Source: Selaginella moellendorffii
Lineage: Eukaryota; Plantae; Lycopodiophyta
Length of the DNA: 64,000 nucleotides
NCBI RefSeq assembly: GCF_000143415.4
Contig: NW_003314267.1
Span: 62,001 to 126,000 of the forward strand
Direction: 5' to 3'
The notes beneath the pieces are model-generated. The model saw only the letters and a list, made by a program, of their open reading frames with translations, did no database searches and had not been told where the DNA came from. Below, piece after piece: positions 34,160-46,329 of this stretch (the stretch's first letter is position 1; each line of letters opens with the position of its first letter). The position numbers and the translations under genes were made by a program.

Positions 34160-36799
34160 ATGGCTCTTCTGGATGAGCCTCAAACTTGTCGCTCTCACTC
34201 GAATCGAGAAGAGGGGGGAATTGAAAGGTCTAGAGGGAGACAGAAGAAATTGCCGACAAATATCCCGCTGCTACTCAACACCTTGAAGGCATGCACGAGC
34301 ACAAAAGACCTAGAACGGGGCAGAAGAATCCACTCCGAGGCAAGGAAAGCAGGGGCCGACACCAACATATTCGTGGCCAGCAAGCTGGTGAAAATGTATG
34401 CCAAGTGCGGCAGCACGGCAGACGCCCGTACGGCTTTCGACAAAGTCCACCACCCCGACGTCGTCCTCTGGAATGTTCTCATCCTGGGACATGCTGACAA
34501 TGGCGAAGGCGACGTGGCTCTGGATTTGCTTCAGCAAATGCAAGCCTCGGGCTGTGAGCCAAACTCGAGAACATTTGTCGCTGCCGTGAAGGCCTGCTCG
34601 AACTTGGCTGCGAACGAAGAAGCAACACAAGTTGGCAGCAGCAACAGGATGGTGAAAGTCAGGGCCTTGAAGAGAGGGACGAAAGTTCATGCACGGGCTG
34701 CAAGCGGGGGATTTGACACCGACATCTTCGTCGCCAACACGCTCCTTGACATGTACTCCAAGTGCGGGAACATGGTGGAAGCGAGGAAGATCTTCGATGG
34801 AATGGCCTTCCGCGATGCTGTTTCGTGGAACTGCCTCATATCCGGGTACGCCGAGCACCGAGAAGACCTCGAGGAAGCACTGCAGCTGTTTGTGACGATG
34901 GTCACCTCCTCCGACTGCGAGTGTGACCATCGAAGTTTCGTCGCTGCATTGAAGGCCTGTGCTGGGATTGCAGCCGCGAGTAGAGAGGAAGCGACCAAGA
35001 TCTCAGTAAACGACATGGAGCTGGCCAGGAAAAACAGCTTTCTTGCTCTCGAGAGAGGCATGGCGATTCATGCTCGAGCGTGTCTTCACGGCTGGGACTC
35101 CAACATCTTTGTGGCCAACACTCTCGTCGACCTGTGCGTGAAGTGTGGAAGAATGGTGGAAGCTCACGGTGTCTTCAACCGCATGGAGCAGCACGACGTG
35201 GTCTCCTGGAACATTTTATTGCTGGGATATGCCGAGTCGAAGTCCGTGAGCTCCAGCTATGAAGTTCTTCGTCTCTTCTCGGCCATGCAAGCGGAGGCAC
35301 GTTGTCAACCAGACGCTCGGACCTTCGTGGCGCTGCTCAAGGCCTGTTCTACTTTAGCCAGTGAAGAACAAGGCGCCAGGCATGGAGCGTCAAAACAGGC
35401 AGCTCTGGACAAGGGAATGGCTATTCACTCTCAAGTCATCAAGCACAAGTGCGAGTCGGACAGCTTCGTTTGTAGTTCGCTGGTGGAAATGTACTCCAAG
35501 TGCGGCTGCATGGATCCTGCATACAGTGTTTTTGACGGCGTGAAGCAGCAGCAGCGCGGTCTAGTGCTCTGGAACACGCTGATACTGGGATACGCAGAGA
35601 ACGGACAAGCCGAACAAGCTCTCCACCTTTTCGAACGGATGACCACAGAGCAGGAAATATCTCCAGACTCCCGGACGTTCGTTGCTGCTCTCAAGGCTTG
35701 CACGGGCTTGGTGGCGGCAGCGAGTGAAAGCAGCGGCGAGGCACTCAACACTCGAGCCGACGCGAAGAAGCTGGCTGGACTGGAGAGGTGCATGGCTCTC
35801 CACGCTGCCGCTGCCAAGACTGGATTCGACAAGGACCTGTTCGTGAGCAGCAGCCTGGTGGACTTATACGGCAAGTGCGGCAGCATGAGCGACGCTCGGA
35901 GGGTCTTCGACGGCATGCCGGTTCACAGCTCAGTGTCATGGAACTCGCTCATCCTCGGCTACACGGACAACGGCCAGGAGAGAGCCGCGTACGAGGTCTT
36001 CGTGAGGATGATCGACTCGCAGGAGGCCGGGTATGGCTCCAGGCCCGACTGCCGGACTCTGGTAGCGGTTCTCAAAGCTTGCGGCAACGCGGCGGACTTG
36101 CAAGCCGGGAAGGCCGTCCACGCGAGCGCTTGTAAGGCCGGACTCGACTCGGAGGCTCTCGTCGCAACAGGACTGGTGGATTTCTACGGCAAGTGTGGCA
36201 GCATGGACGCTGCTCGTCGCGTCTTCGACTCGGTCGAGGCGAGAGGCACGGACTCGGTGGCATGGACGGCGCTCATAGCAGGGTATAGCCGCGAGGGAGA
36301 GACGAAGCTGGCGCTGGAGCTCTTCCGGGAGATGGCCTCTTCCAGCTCTCGCCTTCCAGACGGTGTCACCTTTCTCGCCATCCTGAGCGCTTGCGGCCGG
36401 GCTGGGCTGGTGGACGCTGGGAGAGAGATCTTCCAGGGAATGGTAGCGGCGAGTTGTAGCTCCGGCGAGGTGGTGGCCAGGATTGAGCACTACCACTGCA
36501 TGGTTGATCTTCTGGGACGCGCGAACGAGCTTGAGGAGGCGATGCTCGTCGCGGAAACCATGCCTTTCGAGGCCGGCGTGGAGACTTGGACGAGCTTGCT
36601 GGCCGCGTGTTGCAAGTGGAAGAATGTGGAGCTTGCAGTGCTCGCGTTTGAGAGGGTGCTGGCTTTGGATCGAGGGCTGGCGGCGCCGTATGTGCTCATG
36701 GCGAGCTTGTACGAGAGCTTGGGCTTGTGGGAGGATCAATCCAGGATGCTTTTGGCTATGGAAGAGAAAAGGCAAGCTAATGGTTTTTCTTCACGTTAA
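34160..36799 (+). CDS. PLS-class PPR protein with E domain, no DYW; L motifs carry long insertions
   Basis: Repeating P-L-S triplets (DAVSWNCLISGYAE / RSFVAALKAC / NIFVANTLVDL..KCG); E region HYHCMVDLLGRA..MPFEAGVETWTSLLAAC..YVLMASLY. Confidence 0.92.
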   Translation: MALLDEPQTCRSHSNREEGGIERSRGRQKKLPTNIPLLLNTLKACTSTKDLERGRRIHSEARKAGADTNIFVASKLVKMYAKCGSTADARTAFDKVHHPDVVLWNVLILGHADNGEGDVALDLLQQMQASGCEPNSRTFVAAVKACSNLAANEEATQVGSSNRMVKVRALKRGTKVHARAASGGFDTDIFVANTLLDMYSKCGNMVEARKIFDGMAFRDAVSWNCLISGYAEHREDLEEALQLFVTMVTSSDCECDHRSFVAALKACAGIAAASREEATKISVNDMELARKNSFLALERGMAIHARACLHGWDSNIFVANTLVDLCVKCGRMVEAHGVFNRMEQHDVVSWNILLLGYAESKSVSSSYEVLRLFSAMQAEARCQPDARTFVALLKACSTLASEEQGARHGASKQAALDKGMAIHSQVIKHKCESDSFVCSSLVEMYSKCGCMDPAYSVFDGVKQQQRGLVLWNTLILGYAENGQAEQALHLFERMTTEQEISPDSRTFVAALKACTGLVAAASESSGEALNTRADAKKLAGLERCMALHAAAAKTGFDKDLFVSSSLVDLYGKCGSMSDARRVFDGMPVHSSVSWNSLILGYTDNGQERAAYEVFVRMIDSQEAGYGSRPDCRTLVAVLKACGNAADLQAGKAVHASACKAGLDSEALVATGLVDFYGKCGSMDAARRVFDSVEARGTDSVAWTALIAGYSREGETKLALELFREMASSSSRLPDGVTFLAILSACGRAGLVDAGREIFQGMVAASCSSGEVVARIEHYHCMVDLLGRANELEEAMLVAETMPFEAGVETWTSLLAACCKWKNVELAVLAFERVLALDRGLAAPYVLMASLYESLGLWEDQSRMLLAMEEKRQANGFSSR

Positions 36800-36814
36800 T
36801 GGCAAGTTATTGAG

Positions 36815-38343
36815 TTAACATTGGAAACATTTGGCAAACAATTTAAATTTTTGCACCTTGTGCATTAGATTGTGCATGCTTGCCCAGGAACCAAAGCCTA
36901 TGCCTATGATTCCAACCAATCCAAGGTTGATGCAGTAAACACCCACCCAGCTCCTGATCCAAAAGGGTGGCTACTCTATTTGAAATGAAAATGTTATGAT
37001 ATGGAAGATACTTGAAAGAAAAATGTGCCTACCTCTCTTGATTCTTTGTGCCAGTCTTGTGACCATGAAAGCAAGGCAAACACCAATTGCTGGAGATGAT
37101 TGCGCCCACCACTGAGTTGATGGAACCACAGAATGAGCTAGAAAACAAATGGCCAACACAATTGGCATTCTGGACACACATTTTAAGATGTAGTTTTGGG
37201 AGCAATGGATGCCTAGTAATGTCTCCATCCTGGAACCACAAATGCAGCAAACACAATGAACTGAAAAAAGAAAGCAAAATAGATTATCATTAAGTTTTAA
37301 GTCCACCTGATGGGAAAGAACATTTGATCACCAAATCTCCACTTACTGCAGATGGGAGTGTAAGTGTGAAGATATGGATTGCATAGACATAGATTGTCTT
37401 GTCCTTTCTTGGTTTATCCATAGCTTCAACAATTTCTCTGCAGGTGTCGAGGAAGAAACAAACTTAAAGTATTTTTCTTATAATGTTAAAGCATGATTAC
37501 CAAATGCATAGATAATAGTGCTGAGTGTTGTACATTCTGTGTTTCTAAACTCAAAATAGCAATGAACTTAGGCGTACCTTTTCAAAGAATATAGATGCAA
37601 TAGTCAAATACCAAGCTCTATAGCTTGTCATAAACATTCCGGAAAACACCCGAAGTCTTTAATTCTGTGCTGTTGGAATAAGTATTGTTGAAAAACAAAG
37701 AGCCCCAAATACATATGTCCTATTTATGTACCAGATGATGCTGTTCAAGTTCAAGATCAAAATTATAGGAAAGGTTTTTCTTCTGGATTACCTGCTTCCC
37801 ACATACGAGTTGAATTGTTGAGGTGCTCACCATCAAGGCACAGTTGAATAACAAGCCAGCTGCTCTCCACCACCGTCCTAAAACTTCATACCACTCAGCA
37901 AATTTATCATATTTTAAAGCTATCGAAATAATTTCTTTCTTGCTTTTCTACTTGAATAATGTGATTTTTCCTACGAGAATTGTGTCTTTCAAGAATTTGC
38001 ACATAGTCCATGTACAAGCACATAGTTATATAGCAGCTCCAGCATCCAAACGCACCATAAAAAAAGTTTAAATATTATTCCAGATGTTTGTGCCAGAGTG
38101 TGTGAAAATCTGCACACAATTTGTAAGGGATAAATCCTTCTTTCGATAAATTTTGGACGAGGAGAAGGAGAAACGTTTGGATTAATGATTCTTTCTAAAA
38201 TTTGAAAAATTTGTAGCGAGAGCTGCCTGCAGTGCCATGCATCAAATGAAGAACCTCCTTCAAAGTGAACTCTGGTAATTTGCTCATGGATGCTACTTGT
38301 AGTTGTTCTTACATTATACTCGTCCTTGCAAAAGGATTTCATG
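36815..38343 (-). pseudogene. AUX1/LAX-like pseudogene, copy 2
   Basis: Collinear with copies 1 and 3, with multiple small deletions and frameshifts. Confidence 0.85.
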
Positions 38344-39629
38344 ACCACACAGCAGAAGCACCCTAAAGATTTTGTCAAGTTCAAGGCTCGTAAGGGACAG
38401 AAGTCATTCAAAAAGCCAAGTCTTTCGGAGATGAAAATGATTGAGTGTAACTTTTGCCTTTGGTCCAAGGCAAAGTATCGCAGTAGCTTCTCCGAATTTA
38501 ACTGAAGTGGGCTCTGATGAAAATTTCCTTCATTTTTTTAGAAAATATATTCTTGAAAGTAAGAGGTGTATAATCCTTCATTTTACCAAGGGATATTTTC
38601 AGTGTGAAATTAATATAATTTGTATAAATCTTAGTAACTGGATTAACAAAATTTCAAGTGGTTGACTGTATAATAAGTGAAGTTCAACTAATCCAATCAC
38701 TTAATAATAATTTTTATATATGATTGTTCAAAAAATATTAATATTAATTATTATTTAATTATAAAATAATAATAAAAATAGAACTTAGTGTGGTTCAACA
38801 TATGTTTATAATACATCAAATAAAGTTTATACTGTATAATCAGTCACTAGAATCATAAATAATTGATCTAAATCACATTCAATTCTTCTATAGATTCATT
38901 GACCTTTGGATCTTCTACCACAATTATATTTTTATACCAATTCGTTGTTATGTGCTCACTTTTAAAATTAAACTCAATATAAGCTTGATCTTATGGCATT
39001 TTAATGCATTAGTAATATATTATTTGAAGCCATTTGAGCAAATGTAAAATTGTTATTTATAAACTAAGTACTAGTTCAAAGTGATATTGTTGTATTGTAA
39101 TTTTTACAATTCCACTTTTAACCATTTTTATAACTTCAATTATCATATCCATATATCATTGATTGATAGCATCTTTTACATTCTATTTTTTCTAGAAGAA
39201 TATCAACCATTATACAAAATAAAATAAAATAAAATATCTTACTATTAAATTCTCTCAATAAAACTAGAGAAAAAAAATTACTATCTTAAGCATGATCTAT
39301 ATATTCCAATCTACTAAAGAAAATGAAGAAATAGAATGTAATAAGGAACATAGATATTGGTTAATTACAAAATTATAGTTGCTAATATACCTATTAACAA
39401 TATTTACTAATTAAAATTTATTATTACTAATTTAGAGTTAGTCATTTTGTCATTTAGCTTGGCAACAAGGCAGTTAAAAAATTAGTGGTCCAACAAGAAT
39501 TATAAAAATTAATGAAAGTAAATACAATATAATTATGGTAAAAAAGTATAAGGTCAAGAAATCAAGGGATTGAATGTGATTTATATCAAATGTTTATGGT
39601 TTTGATAGCCAATTGTTCTACACAAACTT

Positions 39630-39633
<4 letters not shown>

Positions 39634-39708
<75 letters not shown>

Positions 39709-39732
39709 GTGTGTGTGTGTGTGTGTGTGTGT
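39634..39732. repeat. Compound (TA)n(TG)n microsatellite
   Basis: Direct observation. Confidence 0.97.
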
Positions 39733-40339
39733 AATATTCATCTTCATGGCAAAGTAACCTCCTCCTCCTCTTTTAGAGTGAAAATTGGTGCAATTGCTTG
39801 ATACTATATAGTTATAGTTGAACAATTAAACTCAATTAATGTATGTAACTTTTACTTTTGCTATCAATCATTGTGTCTAACCAAATTTCTTCTATATAAC
39901 TTTTAGTGATATATACCATTATTCTAATCACTTTATGGTGATTTCCACTTATCATTTTTAGGATGATATCTAGTATCTGTGTGAGTTTCTTATATATCTT
40001 TAAAGAATAATGTTGTAGTGGTATAATCATTTATGTCAAGATTGGAGTCTTTTTCTATATGTCTTCAAGTACACATTTATACATTTTGATGATAATTACA
40101 TCATTTTTGTCAAGGTTATTTAAGTTAGTTATATAATTTAGTGTTTTCTTCCAAAGCCTTTTACTTTCACTTTTACAAGCACATTCTCCAAAAAGGCTAG
40201 AGGGTGAACACAATTTGCCTTTGACTCCACTTATCACAGCTACACAAGTTAAAAAATAAGTTGGGAAAGGTATTATATTTTTTGCAATAAAGATTAAACC
40301 ACTAATAAAGGAAAGTCTATTGTTTCTAATATCTTTTCT

Positions 40340-40808
40340 TTACAAGAATATGAAGATTACTTAAAGCAAGAACTAAGTTCAGATCGACCACCACAACAAA
40401 TAGTAGATCATGCTATTGAGCTTGAACTAAGCTTACAACTAGTGTCTAGAACTCTATATCAAATTTCTCATGCAAAATCACTTGCAACTAAAGAACATCA
40501 GTTAAAAGATTTACAAGCGAAAGGTTATATCTAGCCAAGTCAAAGTCTTTTTGGAGTTTCAGTACTGCTGGTCAAGAAAAAAGATGGCTCCATGCAACTT
40601 TGTGTTGGCTATCGAGCTCTCAATAAAATGACTGTGAAGAAATATTATCCTTCACCACACATTGACAATCTTTTAGATTGTCTTCAAGGTGCATGTTACT
40701 TTTTTAAGATTTGGCTATCACCAAATTTGAATTAAAGTAAAAGATGAATTTAAGATAGCATTTTGGATTGCTTTTGGCCACTATGAATATTTGGTCATGC
40801 CTATTAGA
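40340..40808 (+). mobile_element. Decayed Ty3/gypsy RT fragment of another family, cut by the LTR at 40809
   Basis: VDHAIEL, VLLVKKKDGSMQLCVGYRALNKMTVK, GYHQI, FGHYEYLVMP-like stretches with stops. Confidence 0.75.
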
Positions 40809-41792
40809 TGTCAAGACCCCCAACAAAATCAAGACTGGAAAATGCAAAGGACAAAGAGAAAAGCTAGTGGAAACAAAAAAAATGCCTTAGACTGGTGTTA
40901 ATTCAGATTGTGGAGAAATGGAACAAAGCTAACCTATATATACTATAGGTTGATGAAGCTCCACCACTCTTGGATCGAGGACGGCCTAAATATAGCTAAG
41001 GTCGAGGAGGCTCCACATCATCATCAGGAATGTGGCTCAAGACTCAGGAATCGTACAGGAAATCAGAGAGTCAGGAATAGGGAAGAGTCTCGAGAGTCAG
41101 GAATAGGGAAGTGTCTCGAAAATCAAGAATGTGGTCTGCAGGTCAGGAATCCAGCGAGATTCAGGAATGTGGTATAAATTGGGGGATTCCTGACAGCACC
41201 CCATCCTCAAGAACGAGTGGAACAAGGACATGAATGAGAACGAAGAGGAGGATGAGATGGGCGACGAGGGATGGGAGATGGAAAAAAAGAATGAGGACTA
41301 GGACGAGAAGGATAGCGGCGGTGGAAGTCTTGAACAAGGTCAGAAGAATGAATCAAGTTGTCCACAGGTTCCCAAGTGCGTTTTTTAGGTCCATAACCCT
41401 TCCAGTCGACTAGATAATAGAGTTTAGACCGTGAGATCTTGGAATCAAGGATGTCCTGAACCTCGTCCTCAGACCCATCCTCAAGCTGCACTGGTGGAGG
41501 CAGAGGAATGACCCGATTTGGAATAAGACTGGGAATATAAAACTCAAGGAAAAAGGAGTGAAAAACGGGGTGAATTTGATAGAAGGAGGGAAGTGCAAGG
41601 CGATAAGTAACAGGATTAATGATAGCAGTGATAGGGAAAGGACCGAGGCATTTGAAATCGAGTTTGGGACATGGCCTGGTGGTGGAAATATTTCGCCTGA
41701 AGAGCCAGACTTTATCCCCAATATTGTAAGGGGGACAATTCTGACGATGGGCATTGGCAAATGTTTTGTGAGATTCCTGAGCACGATGGAGG
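40809..41792 (-). mobile_element. Third, truncated copy of the chromovirus (LTR 40809-41195 + chromodomain/integrase end)
   Basis: Same LTR sequence; EVQDILDSKISRSKLYYLVDWKGYGPKKRTWEP. Confidence 0.9.
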
Positions 41793-42147
41793 TTCAGAGG
41801 TTGTTCATTCTCGATTGTTGCCACTGCAGGCATATGCTAGCCCAGCCTCAACATGTGAGGACACTCTAGGGGAAGGCGCATGGGCAACTAAGGGGCGGTG
41901 GATGTACAAAGAGCCGAGCTCCACAATCCACAACAATAGGCATTTGCTGTAAGTTTGCTATTCCATGTCCACTTGGAATGCATTCTAGTGTTTCTCTTGA
42001 CATTGTAGTGGAGGCCTAGAGCTTATCCTATGATTTGGTGTAAGAAAATAGGGGCAAATGTCTACAGTTTATATAGTGCTAGCAAATGTCTTTGTGCTTT
42101 GGCTTTTGAGTGCCCTCCCCCTCACCCCTTCCCTTGGGTGCTGGGAG

Positions 42148-42852
42148 CTAGGGTCTTCCACCAGATGCCAGTTCACAGCTCAGTGTCATGGAACTCTCTC
42201 ATCCTCGGCTACATGGACAACGGCCAGGAGACAGCTGCCTACAAGGTCTTCGTAAGGATGATCAAGTTGCAGTATGGCTCCAGGCCCGACTGCCAGACTC
42301 TAGTAGCAGTTCTCAAAGCTTGCGACAATGTGGCAGACTTGCAAGCCGGGAAGGCCGTCCACACTAGCACTTGCAAGGCCGGGCTCGACTCGGAGGCTCT
42401 CGTCTCGTCGCAACAGATTTCCATGTCAAGTGTGGCAGCATGGGCACTGCTCGTCGTGTCTTAAACTCGGCAGAGGAGAGAGCCATGGACTCGTGACAAG
42501 GACTCGGTGGCATGGACGGCACTCATAGTAGGGTATTGAAGATGTAAGCTGGCGCTGGAGCTCTCGCCATCTCGAGCTTGTGGCCGGGCTGGACTGAGAG
42601 ATCTTCCAGGGAATGGCAGCGGTAAGTTCTAGGTTGAGCACTACCACTGCATGGTTGATCGCGCAAACCAGCTAGAGGAGGCGGTGCTATCTGCCGAAGC
42701 CATGCCTTTCAAGGCCAGTATTGAGAATTGGACGTGCTTGTTCGCCACGTGTTGCAAGTGGAAGAATGTGCAGTGCTTGCATTTAAGAGAATGATGGCTT
42801 TGGATCTAGGGCCGGCATTCTCTTTTACCAGAGCTTGGGCCTGTGGGAGGAT
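42148..42852 (+). pseudogene. Decayed 3' fragment of the PPR gene at 34160 (copy of ~35895-36735)
   Basis: RVFHQMPVHSSVSWNSLILGYMDNGQE..YGSRPDCQTLVAVLKAC matches the intact gene, followed by frameshifts. Confidence 0.88.
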
Positions 42853-42910
42853 ATCCATCGATGGCAAAAGGTATTGTATAGTAAGTTTTTCACACTAATG
42901 AGTTAAGTTC

Positions 42911-44680
42911 TTAACACTGGAAACATTTTGCAAACAGTCCAAATTTTTCCACTTTGTGCATTATATTGTGCATGCTTGCCCAGGAACCGAAGCCTGCGCC
43001 TATGATTCCAACCCAAAGAACCAATCCAAGATTGATGCAGTAAACACCCACCCAGCTCTTGATCCAAAAGGGTGGCTGCTCTATGGCATTCTGAAATAAA
43101 AATGTTGTGATATGGAAAATAGTTGAAAGAAAAATAGTGGTGGCCTATACCTCTCTTGATTCTTTGTGCCTCCTTATGACCATGAAAGCAAGGCAGGGGA
43201 GAATGTAGACACCAATGCTGGAGATGATAGCGCCCACCACTGAGTTGATGGAACCAAAGAATGGGAGCATAATAGCTAGAAAACAAATGCCCAACACAAT
43301 TGGCATTCTAGCTATACATTTTAAGGTGTAGTTTTGGGAGCAGTGGATGCCTAGTAATTTCTCCCACATTGCAAATACTGGAACCACAAATGCAGAAAAC
43401 TCAATAAACTGCAGAAAAAATTAAAGATTAAACGTTGAGATTATCATTGAGATTTTAAGTCTACCTGATGGGTAAGCATAAGGATGATAGCTACATTTCT
43501 GAACTTGGATGGGGAGAGCACTGCTAGGGCATTTGGATAATTCAGCATCTGATCACCAAATCTCCAATACACACTCACTGCTGATGGGAGTGTAAGTGTG
43601 AAGATATAAAGGATTGCATACACATTAGTTATCTTATACTTCCTTGGTTTATCCATAGCTTCAACAATTTCTCTGAAAGCTGAAGTTAATAGCAGTAAAG
43701 CAGATCATATTTTAACTTACAGTGTCAAAGCGTGATTACCAAATGTATAAATATTATTTGTAGCACCTGTAAAATACTGGATTTTACTTACTGGAGCTGA
43801 GTGTTGCACATGCTTATCATGCTGTGAAAGTTACTAAATTTAAAATATTGATAAAGCTAGGACATACCTTTTCAAAAAATATAGATGCAATAGTGAAATA
43901 CCAAGCTGTATAGGTTGTCATGAATATGCCAATAAACACCCAAAGTCTATAATTCCTTGCTGTGGGAATAAGTACAGTGAGAAAACAAAGAGCTCCAAAT
44001 ATAAAGGTCCAAGTCCTTTTGTCAAGGCTATTATTCATGTACCAGATTGTGCTGTCCACCAAAATTTTAGAGATTTTGTTTTCTATATGTAACTTACTTT
44101 GCACAAGCTATAAGTTGAATTGTTGCACTGCTCACCATCAATGCACAATTGAATAACAATCCAGATGCTCTCCACCATCGACCCAAATGACCATCTAATA
44201 CTTCATACCACTATCATCAATTTTTTATTTTATTTTCAGGCGACACCAGAAGAAGATTTTAGTTTTGTTACCTGAATGATGTGATTCTTCCTACGAGCGT
44301 TGTGCCTTTCAAGAATTGCCACATAATCCATATACAGGCACATAGTTATATAGCAGCTCCAACAACCAAGAGCACCATATAGAAGTTGAAATACTATTCC
44401 GGATGTAATTCCCATTTGTGCAAGAGTGTGTGGAAGAGTGAGGAGAACTTGTGCTACCTGCAAGGTAAATTTCTCCATAGATTTCGAATATAACTCTAGA
44501 GAAGGCTACCTGTGCTGTGGTTGTAGTAAGCCATGCATCAAATGAAGAACCTCCTACAAGGAAAGCTCCAGTAATTTTCTCTTGGATGCTTCTTCCAGCT
44601 GTGAAATTGTTACTCTCTTCGACATTTGTAATTTGCATTTCAATACCTACTGTAGACTCATCCTTGCAGAAGGATTCCAT
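42911..44680 (-). CDS. Divergent AUX1/LAX-family permease, copy 3
   Basis: Same exon set as copy 1, closely similar (MESFCKDES..; FGNHA; FAKCFQC*). Confidence 0.9.
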
Positions 44681-45623
44681 GATTTGCAAACAGAAGCGCA
44701 ACCTATAGTGATCTTTTGAAGGTCCAAGTCTCAAGAAAGACAAATTACAAGTCCTGCGAAAAAGCAAGTCCCGTGGAAATGAAAGTGATCTGAGTAACTA
44801 AAAGGAAGTTTCTTTGGACCCATTTGGAGAAGCCTAGTCGAGTCTTCCGAAACTTTAGGGTTTCTATCTGAGCAGTGGCGTACGCCCCGGACAATTTGCT
44901 GTCTACGATCAAATCCATGATCTTGAGTGTTATGGTCAAGAAAGAAGCTCTAAGTGGATTACTGCACACCATTCACGTCGGAAGTCTACTTCGACCTTCT
45001 TGGATTCAAGGCCACTTCAGGTGCCTTTCGCATTGGTGATTGGGTGAACGCTTGATGAAAGGAGCCATATTCCACGATAAGAGCGAGAACGGCGGCTTAC
45101 GGAATTCAAGAACTAATGACAAGGTGACAAAGAAATAGAAACCTCTGACAGAGCGCCACATGTTGGAGTCAAGTTCCAATCACCAACAGCAAGAAGAGAA
45201 ACAGGACGAGGCTGGATCACGAGATATAAATATAAGAGGAAACGACTGTTTGGTTCACATAGTGATCGATCGATGACGACGGCTGCTGCCTACTATTTTA
45301 TTCACCACTACTAACTGCGAGTTCACAAGAAGTGCTCGACCTTTAAGAAGCCGGGACTTTCAAAACAAATGTAAAATAATTTTGCTTTTGACTCTGCTTT
45401 GTTGGAAGAATATTTTTTCATAGAAGTCTCCAGAGGAAGCCCAGTTTGTTGACAAGTGGCGATATTGAACGTGTGCCATGAGCACTTAATGCATGTTATA
45501 CCCCACGCTATAAGAAGTGATGCCCGTCCAACAAAATTTGCAGCAAGTAGGTTGAGCGAGTGAAAGTTTCTAGAGATTCTCAGTAGAGTTGTGTGAGCTT
45601 TGAGAATCTGATTCTTGAATCTG

Positions 45624-46329
45624 ATGGAGTTTGTGGATGAATCTGAAGAGGAGTTCGAGGGGTTCTGGGAGGAGGACTGGCCAGAGTTCCATCGGGGAAG
45701 ACGAGGAGGCGGGGTTCGGCGAGGAGGAGAGCAACCTCGCGGTGGCAAGCAGCAGCACATTGGAAGATGGATTCGTGTCGATTGGATCGAAACGGCTGAT
45801 CATCACATCCTCCAGATCGATCTGCCTGGTGAGGGAGTTCTTTCTTTCCTCTCTTAAAACCTTGAGGAATGCAGGATCCTCCGGGATCCTCTAAATATTT
45901 CAAAAGTGAATCTGTTGTGAACCAGGTGTGAAGAAAGATCGACTCCATTTGAAGGTCGAAGGCAACAGGATGCTGGTGATCTGTGGGGAGAAGCACAGGG
46001 ACAAGCCTGATAAGGAGAAAGGCGAGAAGGCGAGATTCTATGAGCGATTCGGAGGCGAGTTTTCAAGATCCTTTCGGATGCCCAAGGATGCAAAGATAGA
46101 CGAGATTACGGCCACCATGGAAGATGGTGTACTCACTGTCACAATCGCCAAGATCAAATCTGCTGAACAGAAGCCCGATGTGAAGAACATCAACATCCAG
46201 TTTGCTCAGCAGGCTGGTGGAACTCATTTGCCAGGTCAAGGTTTAAACTCTACTTATAAACTGTAATTTTATTGAATTTAGATGCAGGTACTCAGCAGCA
46301 GCAATCTGCTGCTACAGCTGCCACTTAAG
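45624..46329 (+). CDS. Small heat-shock protein (HSP20/alpha-crystallin domain); exons 45624-45828, 45926-46234, probable 46282-46329 (alternative stop 46266)
   Basis: RVDWIETADHHILQIDLPGVKK..ERFGGEFSRSFRMPKDAKIDEITATMEDGVLTVTIAK. Confidence 0.88.

Noticed and set aside
33800-36799. 999-aa ORF taken at face value as one gene
   Set aside because: It starts at a non-ATG codon inside a PTP intron and crosses a clear GT-AG intron; best modelled as PTP + PPR, with the fusion kept only as a hypothesis
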